A DNA stretch of 24,923 nucleotides from a bacterium (GTDB taxonomy: Bacteria; RBG-13-61-14; DATKZS01). The notes under the pieces were generated by a model. That model made no database searches and was not told the DNA's origin. It saw only the letters and a program-made list of their open reading frames with translations. The position numbers were made by a program, and so were the translations under genes. Location of the stretch: NCBI GenBank assembly GCA_046484135.1, contig JAWOBU010000109.1, positions 1-24,923 of the forward strand, given 5' to 3'. Below, in pieces: positions 9,478 through 18,192 of the stretch (positions within the stretch are counted from its first letter, which is position 1; the number at the start of each line of letters is the position of its first letter).

Positions 9478-10649
9478 CGGGGATGACCTCCCGGAAGCGC
9501 GGAAGGCAAGAGCTGTTCCGGCGTCCTCTGGCGGGTGAAGGTCCCGCACCCCAGCACTTCCCCATCCCGGTAGAACACCGCGTACTGGCCGGGGGTGATG
9601 GCCCGCTGGGGCTTTTTAAAATGTATCCTGGCTATGTCCCGGCCGGGAAAAGAGAGCCGGCCGGAGACCCGCTTGGTCCGGTACCTGACCTTGACCTGGA
9701 CCCTTTCGTCCTCCTCCGGCGGAGGGCTGATCCAGTGCAGGTCGTGCACCAGCGCGTGCTCGCTATACGTAAACTCCCTTTTTCCAACTATGAGCCGATG
9801 ATAGTCAGGGTCAATGTCAATAACGTAGTAAGGCTCGCCCGCCGAGATGTTGAGCCCTTTTCTCTGGCCCACCGTGAAATAATGGATGCCGGGATGGAAC
9901 CCCAATACCCGGCCGGTCAGGTCCACGATCTCTCCGGCCGGGGGGGTCTCGTCCTTCAGGATACTTTCCACCGCGGCCGCGTAACCCGCCGGGTCCACGA
10001 AACAGATGTCCTGGCTCTCGACCTTGTCAAAGCCGGGGGCCCCCGCTTCCTTGAGCTCTTCTCTTATCCGGTCCTTGTCGAAATGTCCCGCGGGCAAAAC
10101 CAATCTCGCAACCTGGTCCGGATGAAGGCGGGCCAGGAAGTAGGACTGGTCCTTTTTACTTCCCGCCCCTGTCATAAGGCAGTACCGGTCTTCCTCGGGC
10201 CGGTATTTGATCCGGGCATGGTGGCCGGTGGTTATGGCATCGGCTCCCCATTTGTCCGCCAGCTCCATCATGGTCCGTGCTTTAATACAAGGGTTGCAAA
10301 TAACGCAGGGGTTGGGGGTCAATCCTTGTCCATAGGATCGGGCAAAAGGCAGGATGACCTCGCTCGCGAACCGGTCGGAGACGTCCATAACGTGAAAAGG
10401 GATGTCCAGCCAGGCCGCGGCTTTCTCCGCGTGTCGGCCTTCCTGCCTGTCGGCGCACCTGCTTTGCTCAGACTTGCCTGCGTAAAAGTTCCCGAGATAA
10501 AGATGGACGCCGATGACCTCGACCCCCGCTTTCCGGAGCTGCCAGGCCGCAAAGGTGCTGTCCACACCTCCGCTGAGCGCGGCAACCGCCTTGCGGGGAG
10601 GATGCTCCGGACGGGGAAGAAATGACTGGATGTTCCGGGAGATCGTCAT
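9474..10649 (-). CDS. mnmA: tRNA 2-thiouridylase MnmA
   Basis: PP-loop LSGGVDS, TPNPCVICN, TGHHAR, KDQSYFL, ESQDICF, TVGQRKGL, AITPGQ; start probably ATG 10649, not 11153. Confidence 0.93.
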   Translation of the reverse strand: MTISRNIQSFLPRPEHPPRKAVAALSGGVDSTFAAWQLRKAGVEVIGVHLYLGNFYAGKSEQSRCADRQEGRHAEKAAAWLDIPFHVMDVSDRFASEVILPFARSYGQGLTPNPCVICNPCIKARTMMELADKWGADAITTGHHARIKYRPEEDRYCLMTGAGSKKDQSYFLARLHPDQVARLVLPAGHFDKDRIREELKEAGAPGFDKVESQDICFVDPAGYAAAVESILKDETPPAGEIVDLTGRVLGFHPGIHYFTVGQRKGLNISAGEPYYVIDIDPDYHRLIVGKREFTYSEHALVHDLHWISPPPEEDERVQVKVRYRTKRVSGRLSFPGRDIARIHFKKPQRAITPGQYAVFYRDGEVLGCGTFTRQRTPEQLLPSALPGGHPR

Positions 10650-10880
10650 GGGTCGCTCGGCAAAAGGGGTCCAAGAACAGAACCGCCGACCGTTCTGCCG
10701 GTGATATCCGCTCTGGTCAGGACACTCTATACATGAACACAAATCTATGATAAAGTAAAAAAAAGATATGTCTATGCGGTCTGTGTTCCGGGAGGTTTTC
10801 GTAAGAAAGGAAGACCTTGCCGGGAGGAGTGAACAGGGAGCGGCCTGCCGCGGGTCGAGGCGAAAAGGAGGAAGTTCCAG

Positions 10881-11894
10881 GTGGCAGATACCGGAGAAGA
10901 GAAGAGCGGCGAAGAGAAGGGGAAGGACCTTTCCAAGAGCAAGCTTTTGAAGGTCCCCATTCGGGTCCGCTCCCAGGACGGCGAGTATGACGAAGAGTTC
11001 ATGGACTACATCCTGGAGGTGGACAAGGACCGCATTTATGTAAAGACCGAAGACCCTTTTCCGCAGGGCACGGTGGTGCATCTGGGACTGGACCTGCCCG
11101 GTGTGAAGCGGACCGTTCACTTCAAGGGAGAAGTGGTCCGGATAAACCCGCACAAGCCGGAATCGGAGAACGGCCTGGACCCGGGGATGGGCATCATCTT
11201 CGAGAGGGTAAGCTACGACAGCCGCAAGCTCATAAACGACTACCTGGACCGGATCAGCTCGGACGAGCGGTCGGGCGAGTACTCCCTGTTCCTCTCCTGG
11301 GTGCAGCGGATCAGCCGCCCCATGGGCACCCGGGAAAGGGAGCGGATCAAGAAGGACTTGTTAAAGGCGCTCTACAGCTCCAAGGAAGAGCCGGTGGCTG
11401 AATCGAAGCGGAAGAAAACGGCCGGCGAGCTGGAGCTTATCGCCAAGGTTCCGCTTTTTGAAGAGTTTGATGACATGGAGCTCGACCAGGTTTCCAGGAT
11501 CATGCTCCGGGAGGAAGTGGAAGCCGGCAAGGCCATTTTCGAGGAAGGCGACGTGGGCGACCGGATGTATATCATACTTCGGGGGTCCGTTGATATAGTC
11601 AAGTCCTCGGAAAAGGGACCGGGCCAGGTGCTGGTCACCTTGAAACCGGGAGACTACTTCGGGGAGATGTCCCTGATAGACGACTCGCCCCGGTCAGCGT
11701 CCGCGGTGGCGGCGGAGGACAGCCTCATCTTCAGCATCAAAAAGAAAGACCTGTCCATACTGTTGGACCGCGAGCCGGCCATCGCAGCCAAGGTCTACAA
11801 GTTCTTCGTGCATACCTTGAACGAAAGGCTCCGCCAGACCAACGAAAAGATAAAACAGTTCGTTTCCATGGCTACGGAAATGAGCCAAGCCTGA
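10881..11894 (+). CDS. degenerate PilZ-like domain fused to a cyclic-nucleotide-binding domain
   Basis: N-terminal IYVKTEDPFPQGTVVHL...GEVVRIN...PGMGIIF (PilZ barrel pattern); C-terminal VPLF, IFEEGDVGDRMYII, GDYFGEMSLIDDSPRSASAVA; SD AGGAGG; GTG start. Confidence 0.8.
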   Translation: MADTGEEKSGEEKGKDLSKSKLLKVPIRVRSQDGEYDEEFMDYILEVDKDRIYVKTEDPFPQGTVVHLGLDLPGVKRTVHFKGEVVRINPHKPESENGLDPGMGIIFERVSYDSRKLINDYLDRISSDERSGEYSLFLSWVQRISRPMGTRERERIKKDLLKALYSSKEEPVAESKRKKTAGELELIAKVPLFEEFDDMELDQVSRIMLREEVEAGKAIFEEGDVGDRMYIILRGSVDIVKSSEKGPGQVLVTLKPGDYFGEMSLIDDSPRSASAVAAEDSLIFSIKKKDLSILLDREPAIAAKVYKFFVHTLNERLRQTNEKIKQFVSMATEMSQA

Positions 11895-11953
11895 GATGCC
11901 TTCCGTAAACGCGGTCATGTCATATCCCTGTTTTTGTCCGAAATAAATCTTTA

Positions 11954-12084
11954 GAGCCTCTTGCAAAAGTTTGATTATCGAGGTGGTAAGGAAGGCTTTA
12001 GATGGTGGGAGCGAGTTCCAGCTCGCGATCATCGAGACCTGGAGGTCTCTCCCACCTTCTCTCCGCTCTTTTTGCAAGAGGCTC
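11954..12084. mobile_element. 131-bp MITE-like element with 15-bp TIRs and TTTA target duplication
   Basis: GAGCCTCTTGCAAAA (11954-11968) and TTTTGCAAGAGGCTC (12070-12084) are a perfect inverted pair; TTTA at 11950-11953 and 12085-12088; no transposase. Confidence 0.75.
12005..12055. repeat. convergent GTGG-type REP doublet inside the MITE
   Basis: GTGGGAGCGAGTTCCAGCTCGCGA (12005-12028 +) and GTGGGAGAGACCTCCAGGTCTCGA (12032-12055 -), 3-nt gap. Confidence 0.8.
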
Positions 12085-12124
12085 TTTATTTTACAAAAGA
12101 CGCAGTCTGTCATTACCAATCGCT

Positions 12125-13180
12125 TCAGGCTTGGTAGCTTTTCCTGAGTCCGCTCAGGATGGAGTAGGTTTTCTCCGCCTGTTTTTCGGTGAGGGTCCCC
12201 AGCCCGCAGGCGGGGGTGATGATTATTCTCTGTCGAAGTAGTGACCGGTCCACGCCTGCTTTTCCCATCTGTTCGATCCAGTGGTCGAGCTTTTCCTCCA
12301 GCGAGCCCTGGTCCTCTTTGTCTATGTCCTCGGAGGTGGGGATGATGCCGGTTGCAAGCCATCCCCCCTTTTGCAGGAAGCTTTGGACGTCCTCCGCGTA
12401 GATGGCCAGGGTACTGCCGAAGTTGTAGGCGTCGAAGTTGAGCACGTCCAGCTTGGACTGCATGATAAGCCCCCAGTCCGTGTTGCCGCAGCAGTGCATG
12501 CCCACCACCGCGCCCGCCTCTTGCAGCGGCTCTATGACCTGGTTGAGCCGGGTTATGACCTCGTCCTTGGACACGGTCAGCATGGCGGTGCTGCCGTAGG
12601 CGGCGAGCATGGGCTCGTCGAGAAAAAACAACACCTTGTCCGCGTACCCGGAGAGCAGCTTGATCTGCCAGAGCGACTTAAGAGAAAGAAGCTTCATGAG
12701 TGCGTCCGCCCACGCGGAGTTGAAAAGCACCGGCTTTCCTTCCTGGTCGTTTATGGAGTAGCCGAAGGAGAAGGGAGCGATGATCTGGGCCTTGACGAGC
12801 GGAAACCGCTTGCCCTCCTTTTTCAGCCTTTCCAGGAAAGCGTGGAACCCCTGGGCATAGTCCTCGGACATTCCGAAGTCTGCGAGTCCCTCTCCGCTCG
12901 TCTGCGCGGCCATGGCCTTCTCGTAAAACTCAGGCAGGCCGTTCTCGCCTTCTTCGGTGTCCACGTACACGGTCTTTTTTTCGGACAGGTGTTTAACGCC
13001 GGGCAGTCCTTCCACCGGCTGGACCTCCATCTTCTCGGTATAGCGCAGGGACTGGAGCTGGGGCCAGTGGGGCGCGTCCGGCAGGTGTTTGAACACCAGG
13101 TCCAGCGCGGCGTCCATGTCGGTATGGGGAAGGCTTCCGATGCCGGTGGCCAGGCCGGGAGTCAACACTTTGTTGCTCAT
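12125..13180 (-). CDS. core (single-barrel) cobalamin-independent methionine synthase family protein, MesB-like
   Basis: TGIGSLPH, HWPQL, FLDEP; putative Zn ligands in HCC, NFD and ITPACGLG; 351 aa, without the N-terminal folate barrel of MetE. Confidence 0.75.
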   Translation of the reverse strand: MSNKVLTPGLATGIGSLPHTDMDAALDLVFKHLPDAPHWPQLQSLRYTEKMEVQPVEGLPGVKHLSEKKTVYVDTEEGENGLPEFYEKAMAAQTSGEGLADFGMSEDYAQGFHAFLERLKKEGKRFPLVKAQIIAPFSFGYSINDQEGKPVLFNSAWADALMKLLSLKSLWQIKLLSGYADKVLFFLDEPMLAAYGSTAMLTVSKDEVITRLNQVIEPLQEAGAVVGMHCCGNTDWGLIMQSKLDVLNFDAYNFGSTLAIYAEDVQSFLQKGGWLATGIIPTSEDIDKEDQGSLEEKLDHWIEQMGKAGVDRSLLRQRIIITPACGLGTLTEKQAEKTYSILSGLRKSYQA

Positions 13181-13245
13181 GGTCTCTCCTTTGCGGGTTT
13201 AGTGTACGTTTATGTTAGCATGCAGGCGCGAAAGTAAAAAGCGTT

Positions 13246-14451
13246 TTACTTTCTCAAAGCCTCGACCGGTTCCAGGGAAGCGGCCCGGAGAGCGGGATAG
13301 ATGCCGAAGACCATACCGACTGCCAGGGCCATTGCTACGGCGAGAAGGATGCCGGGCAGGGACAGCACCAGCTCCCACTCACCGAGACCGGACAGAAGCA
13401 CGGATGCGGCAGCCCCTGTGGCAACTCCCAGTGCCGCGCCCGCGGCGGAGAGCAGCATGGACTCGAAGAGGAACTGGACGAAGATGTTGCCGCCGGTCGC
13501 TCCTACAGCTTTCCGGAGCCCTATCTCCGCGGTCCTTTCCGTTACCGAGACCAGCATGATGTTCATGATGCCCACCCCGCCGGTAACGAGCGCCACTGCG
13601 GCCAGTCCGATAAGCAGTATTCTCATGGTGTCCGAGACCTTGGAGGCCGTCCTTATCATCTCCTGCTGGTTAATGACGTGGAAGTCGAGCCGGTCCTTGG
13701 AAAGCCGGTTCTTGAGACGATGTCTTCTCCGCAACAGCTCCTCTATCTCTTCCCTTACCTCGGGCATTTTTTCCAGGGAAGGACAGTCCACTGCTATGGT
13801 GTGGACGTGGGAGATGCCGAGTACCCGCGTCTGGGCGGTCGAAAGCGGCATGACCACCCAGTCGTCAGGATGGAACCATCCCATGTCTCCCTTGGCCTCG
13901 AACACGCCGATTACGCGGTACCTGATGCGGTTGACACGAACATGGCCGCCCAACGGGCTGCCATGGGGGAACAGCTTGTCTGCGATCCGGGCGCCCAGAA
14001 CGCAAACCCGTTTGCGGCCGCGTCCTTCCTCCGGCGTGAAGAACCTGCCGTTTGCCAGGCGGAAGTTCCGGACCTTCAGAAAGGAAGGAGTCGCTCCCAC
14101 CATGGAGACGCTCAGGGCCTTTTTGCGCCGCTGAACGGTGATCTTGCCGATGACCTCCGGGCTTACTGCTATGCCCTTTATCTGTTGTTTTAAAAGCTCG
14201 GCGTCTTTTCGGGAGAGAGCGTCTTTGAAGTTTTTGGAAGCGCCGCCGGCGGGCCCGGGCAGGACCACCAGGGTCTCGGTGCCCAAAAACTCCATCTGCT
14301 CGAGGATGGCGCGTCTGGAGCCTTCGCCCGCGGCAATAACCACTATGACCGCGGCTACTCCCGTTACCACGCCTGTCACGGTAAGCAGGGACCGGAGGGG
14401 ATGCACTGCCAGGGATTGCAGGGCCCCGGCCAGCATCTCGTAGATTCTCAT
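13246..14451 (-). CDS. MacB/FtsX-family ABC transporter permease (no fused ATPase)
   Basis: LRSLLTVTGVVTGVAAV, GRFF, GGVGIMNIMLVSVTERTAEIGLRKAVGA, QFLFES, GIYPALRAASLEPVEALR. Confidence 0.92.
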   Translation of the reverse strand: MRIYEMLAGALQSLAVHPLRSLLTVTGVVTGVAAVIVVIAAGEGSRRAILEQMEFLGTETLVVLPGPAGGASKNFKDALSRKDAELLKQQIKGIAVSPEVIGKITVQRRKKALSVSMVGATPSFLKVRNFRLANGRFFTPEEGRGRKRVCVLGARIADKLFPHGSPLGGHVRVNRIRYRVIGVFEAKGDMGWFHPDDWVVMPLSTAQTRVLGISHVHTIAVDCPSLEKMPEVREEIEELLRRRHRLKNRLSKDRLDFHVINQQEMIRTASKVSDTMRILLIGLAAVALVTGGVGIMNIMLVSVTERTAEIGLRKAVGATGGNIFVQFLFESMLLSAAGAALGVATGAAASVLLSGLGEWELVLSLPGILLAVAMALAVGMVFGIYPALRAASLEPVEALRK

Positions 14452-14464
14452 GAAGTCAAGATTA

Positions 14465-15196
14465 TCACAGGCCCTCGATGCGGACCTTTTTTATTTCCGG
14501 CGGGTCCACCGGCCTGTCCTTTTCGCCGGTGGGAAGTTCTCCTATGGTCCGGGCCACTTCCATGCCTTCCACCACCTGTCCGAAGACCGTGTACTCGTTG
14601 TCCAACTGCGGCTGGGGGGAAAGACAGATATAGAACTGGCTTCCCGCGGAGTTGCGGTCGTTCTTGAGCCGGGCAATGCTCACCGTCCCCTCCAGGTGCT
14701 GGCGGTTGGAAAGCTCGGCGCTGATGGTGTAGCCGGGCCCTCCTTTGCCCGTGTTGAAGGGGCAGCCCGTTTGAATAAGGTAGTCGTCAATCACGCGGAA
14801 GAACTTAAGGCCGTCGTAGAAATGGCTCCGGGCGAGCTTGATGAAGTTCCGGCAGGTTTGGGGAGCCTCTTCCGGGTAGAACTTGAACTTGATGGTCCCG
14901 TAGCCGGTCTCCATGACTGCGCGCAAGTCCTTCATACGGGAAGGGGAGAGGTCCTCCACCTTCTTGTCCCAGATGGCCCGCAGCCTTCTCTCGGCCTCCT
15001 TCGCGTGAGAGCCGGCGGGATAGGTGGACAGATACGCTTCATAAGCCTCCACGCTGTCATTTCGAGTGGCCCTTTTCCACAGCTCTTCCTGGGAGAGCCG
15101 GCGGGTCGGGTCTTCGTCCTTTTCTTCTCCGTTACACGAGAAAAGCCCGGCCAGCACCACGCAACATAACAAGCCCACTACCAGATTTCTTTTCAT
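14465..15196 (-). CDS. lipoprotein cyclophilin-type peptidyl-prolyl isomerase (catalytic motif intact)
   Basis: Lipobox-like LFSC; helical repeat YEAYLSTYPAGSH; APQTCRNF, FYDGLKFFRVIDDYLIQTG, AGSQFYI, YTVFGQVVEG. Confidence 0.88.
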   Translation of the reverse strand: MKRNLVVGLLCCVVLAGLFSCNGEEKDEDPTRRLSQEELWKRATRNDSVEAYEAYLSTYPAGSHAKEAERRLRAIWDKKVEDLSPSRMKDLRAVMETGYGTIKFKFYPEEAPQTCRNFIKLARSHFYDGLKFFRVIDDYLIQTGCPFNTGKGGPGYTISAELSNRQHLEGTVSIARLKNDRNSAGSQFYICLSPQPQLDNEYTVFGQVVEGMEVARTIGELPTGEKDRPVDPPEIKKVRIEGL

Positions 15197-16074
15197 CCTC
15201 CTCCTCCAGTCTCCGGCGAACCTTTATTCTCCACTTCCAGCCCCTTTCTTGTGTCGGGAATCAAATCTATGCCTTCGACCGCAACGTCTTCTATCTTGAC
15301 CGGCTCCTCGGGCTTTGGCCCTCGCTTGCCCGGGCTGGTCTTTACCCGGGAAATCCTTTCCACTGTTTCCAAACCCTGGACCACCTCGCCCACCACGGTG
15401 AACTTGCCGTCCATGGCCGGCATACGCCGGAGGGTGACAAAAAACTGGCTCCCGCCCGTGTCCTTGTCAACCGGCAAATGATACATGGAGACCGTGCCTC
15501 TTTGGTGCTTCTTGTCGTTTTCTTCAAAAGGCATGAAATAGCCGGGCCCGCCCAGCCGGTCCCCGATCAGGTCGCCCAGCAGTATCATCTCTCCCGGCTT
15601 TGCCATGTCTACCTTCAGTCCCTTGTAGAAGTCGGAGGCCGCCAGAAGTACAAGGTTACGGGAGTTCTTGGGCGCGGCTTTCGGGAACAGTTTGATCTTG
15701 AAGGACCCCATGGAGGTTTTCACGTTCAGTCTTGCGCTCTCGAGCTCCCGGTCGCTCAGATTGTTGACCCTGCCTTTGAGAAAACTCCGGATAAGCAGCC
15801 TTATGTCTTCGGTGTGTTCGCTGTCCGGGTACTCCTCCAGGAAACTCTGCAAGTCCCGGATGGACCTTCTGGCCATGGCTTTTCGGAAAGTGAGTTCTCT
15901 GATTCTTTCTTGGGCCTTGTCGGTATAATCACCCTCCGGGTGCTCTCTCAAGTACTCCCGGTAAGCTTCTACCGTGTCAATCCTTCTGGCCTTTCGGAAG
16001 TCCTTCTTTTCGGAACAGCCCCCCGCCAGAACCAAAACAGTTATGAAAGCAAATATAATTAACCTCTGTCGCAT
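15193..16074 (-). CDS. lipoprotein cyclophilin-like protein with degenerate active site
   Basis: Lipobox-like AGGC; two Y/F-L-x2-H/Y-P helical repeats; AAPKNSRN, GGPGY, GGSQFFV, MDGKFTVVGEVVQG; the FHRVI..FMIQ segment is replaced. Confidence 0.8.
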   Translation of the reverse strand: MRQRLIIFAFITVLVLAGGCSEKKDFRKARRIDTVEAYREYLREHPEGDYTDKAQERIRELTFRKAMARRSIRDLQSFLEEYPDSEHTEDIRLLIRSFLKGRVNNLSDRELESARLNVKTSMGSFKIKLFPKAAPKNSRNLVLLAASDFYKGLKVDMAKPGEMILLGDLIGDRLGGPGYFMPFEENDKKHQRGTVSMYHLPVDKDTGGSQFFVTLRRMPAMDGKFTVVGEVVQGLETVERISRVKTSPGKRGPKPEEPVKIEDVAVEGIDLIPDTRKGLEVENKGSPETGGGG

Positions 16075-16256
16075 CCCTTCTCTCCATCATAATTTTCCTG
16101 CCAGGGTCCCCTGCTGTCAAACCGTACGCTGTCGGTACCCTTTTCCAGCCCTTTCCTCATGTCCTCCGGTCCGTTTATAAGGGGCCGGGTTTTTGCAGAT
16201 GCTTTTGAAATCGGATATTGTCCTATTAATAATAAGTTGTTAAAGTGTAACTCGCC

Positions 16257-17174
16257 ATGAAGAACGCAGTGCTTATCATAGATGATGACGACAACATCCG
16301 CCGGGAGGTCAGAAGCCGGCTTCAGGAGGCCGGTCTTTTCGAGCAGTACTATGAGGCTGCTGACGGCATTGACGGTTTCAAGATTCTTTTGAACAAGTCG
16401 GTGGACCTGGTGCTTTGCGACGTGGTGATGCCGGGCATTGACGGTTTCAAGTTCCTGAGCATGAAGACCGCCCGCACGGAGTTTGACGACATCCCGGTTA
16501 TCATGCTGACGGGGGAGGACGACGTCAAGCTCAAGATCAAGGCGCTGGAGCAGGGAGCGAGCGATTACATCACCAAGCCTTTCCACCCGGGCGAGCTTAT
16601 CGCGCGGGTCCGGGTCCACCACGACATCAAGCGTCTCCAGGAGGAACTCCGGATCAGCAACCGCCGGCTGGAGGAGCTGTCCAATACCGACGACCTGACC
16701 AAGCTCTACAACCGCCGCTACTTCATGGAGCTCATGGAGTTGGAGTTCCAGCGGGCCCAGCGTTACGAGTCCAGCTTGAGCTTCGTGATGATAGACATTG
16801 ATAACTTCAAGAGCTTTAACGACAACTACGGTCATCTTCTCGGCGACCGCATCCTTTACGAGGTGGCCCAGCTTCTCCGGGAGACTCTCCGGGTCCACGA
16901 CATAGTGGGCCGTTACGGGGGCGAGGAGTTCGGGTTGCTCATGCCGGCGACCGACGACAAGGGGGCTCTGGTGGTTGCGGAGCGCTACCGCAAGCGGGTG
17001 GAGGAGTTCGTTCTTTTCGAGGCTGACAAGGAGCTTCGCATCACCATAAGCCTGGGGGTGGCCTCCTCCCCCCACCCGGAGATCAAGACGGTGGACGACC
17101 TTATCCGGCTGGCTGACAATGCTCTTTACAAAGCCAAGTCCAACGGCAGAAACCGGGTCGAGGTGGTGGATTAA
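16257..17174 (+). CDS. response regulator diguanylate cyclase (REC-GGDEF)
   Basis: REC (IIDDDD, LCDVVMP, YITKPF); TDDLTKLYNRR, DIDNFKSFNDNYGH, I-site RVHD, RYGGEEF, ADNALYKAKSNGRN. Confidence 0.95.
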   Translation: MKNAVLIIDDDDNIRREVRSRLQEAGLFEQYYEAADGIDGFKILLNKSVDLVLCDVVMPGIDGFKFLSMKTARTEFDDIPVIMLTGEDDVKLKIKALEQGASDYITKPFHPGELIARVRVHHDIKRLQEELRISNRRLEELSNTDDLTKLYNRRYFMELMELEFQRAQRYESSLSFVMIDIDNFKSFNDNYGHLLGDRILYEVAQLLRETLRVHDIVGRYGGEEFGLLMPATDDKGALVVAERYRKRVEEFVLFEADKELRITISLGVASSPHPEIKTVDDLIRLADNALYKAKSNGRNRVEVVD

Positions 17175-17253
17175 TCCTGTCTCCGTTCGGGACCGCTTTC
17201 TGACTCTCTCTCCGTGCGGATTCTTCTGGGGACCTGCTGGCCCGCTTTTTGGC

Positions 17254-17283
17254 TTGCCAAGCTGCCTGTCAACGTGTTAATAT
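17254..17283 (+). promoter_or_regulatory. putative sigma70 promoter of dapAB
   Basis: TTGCCA (17254-17259), 18-nt spacer, extended -10 TG-T-TAATAT (17275-17283). Confidence 0.45.
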
Positions 17284-17319
17284 TTTTTTCTTGTGTTAGA
17301 CATCCAAAGGAGGGAGAAC

Positions 17320-18192
17320 ATGATAGAAGGGACCATCACAGCTCTGATTACACCTTTCAAAGACAGCCGGGTGGACGAGGATTCGCTTCGCCGGCTGGTG
17401 GACCGGCAGATAGAACAGGGCATCCACGGCCTGGTGCCGTGCGGCACCACCGGCGAGTCCGCGACCCTGGACCACGACGAGCACAGCCGGGTGATTGACA
17501 TAGTGATCGAGCAGACCGCGAACCGGGTGCCGGTCATAGCAGGTGCCGGAAGCAACAGCACCTGGGAAGCCATCAAGCTCACCCGGCACGCCAAACAAGC
17601 GGGAGCGGACGCCGCCTTGCTTATCACCCCTTACTACAACCGTCCCACCCAGGAAGGGCTCTATCGCCATTACGAGGCGGTGGCCAAGGCGGCGGATATC
17701 CCCTTGATACCCTACAACGTGCCCGGTCGCACCGGCGCCGACCTGTCCGCCCAAACCATGGGCAGACTCGCAAAGATAGACAACATCATCGGTTTGAAAG
17801 ACGCGTCCAACAAAATAAAACAGGCCCTCGACACCCTGGATGCCTGTAACGGCGACATAATCCTGCTCTCCGGGGACGACTTCTCCTACCTGTCTCTTCT
17901 GGCCATCGGCGGCAAGGGAGGCATCTGCGTCATGTCCAACCTGGTGCCCGGCGACATGGCCGAGCTGTACAATGCCTGGGAGGAAGGCGAGGCCGGTGAA
18001 GCCAAGACGATCATGAACAAGTACCATCCCCTGAGCAAGTGTCTTTACCTTGACACCAACCCTATTCCCGTGAAATGGGGGGCCTACAAGATGGGGCTTT
18101 GCACGGACGAGATACGCCTGCCCCTCACCCCTCTGGCCGAGGAGCACCGGCCGGTACTGGAGAAGCAGATGAAGGAGCTCGGCCTGATATGA
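17320..18192 (+). CDS. dapA: 4-hydroxy-tetrahydrodipicolinate synthase
   Basis: TALITPF, CGTTGES, TPYYNRPTQEG, YNVPGRTG, GLKDA, LSGDD, TNPIPVK; SD GGAGGGAG before ATG 17320. Confidence 0.97.
   Translation: MIEGTITALITPFKDSRVDEDSLRRLVDRQIEQGIHGLVPCGTTGESATLDHDEHSRVIDIVIEQTANRVPVIAGAGSNSTWEAIKLTRHAKQAGADAALLITPYYNRPTQEGLYRHYEAVAKAADIPLIPYNVPGRTGADLSAQTMGRLAKIDNIIGLKDASNKIKQALDTLDACNGDIILLSGDDFSYLSLLAIGGKGGICVMSNLVPGDMAELYNAWEEGEAGEAKTIMNKYHPLSKCLYLDTNPIPVKWGAYKMGLCTDEIRLPLTPLAEEHRPVLEKQMKELGLI

Noticed and set aside
10650..11153. 168-aa N-terminal extension of MnmA in the ORF track
   Set aside because: Overlaps the divergent PilZ-cNMP gene and the AT-rich intergenic region; MnmA similarity begins only after ATG 10649.
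17175..17319. Lysine riboswitch before dapA (and SAM riboswitch before the methionine synthase gene)
   Set aside because: The leaders are too short and I saw no conserved aptamer motifs.
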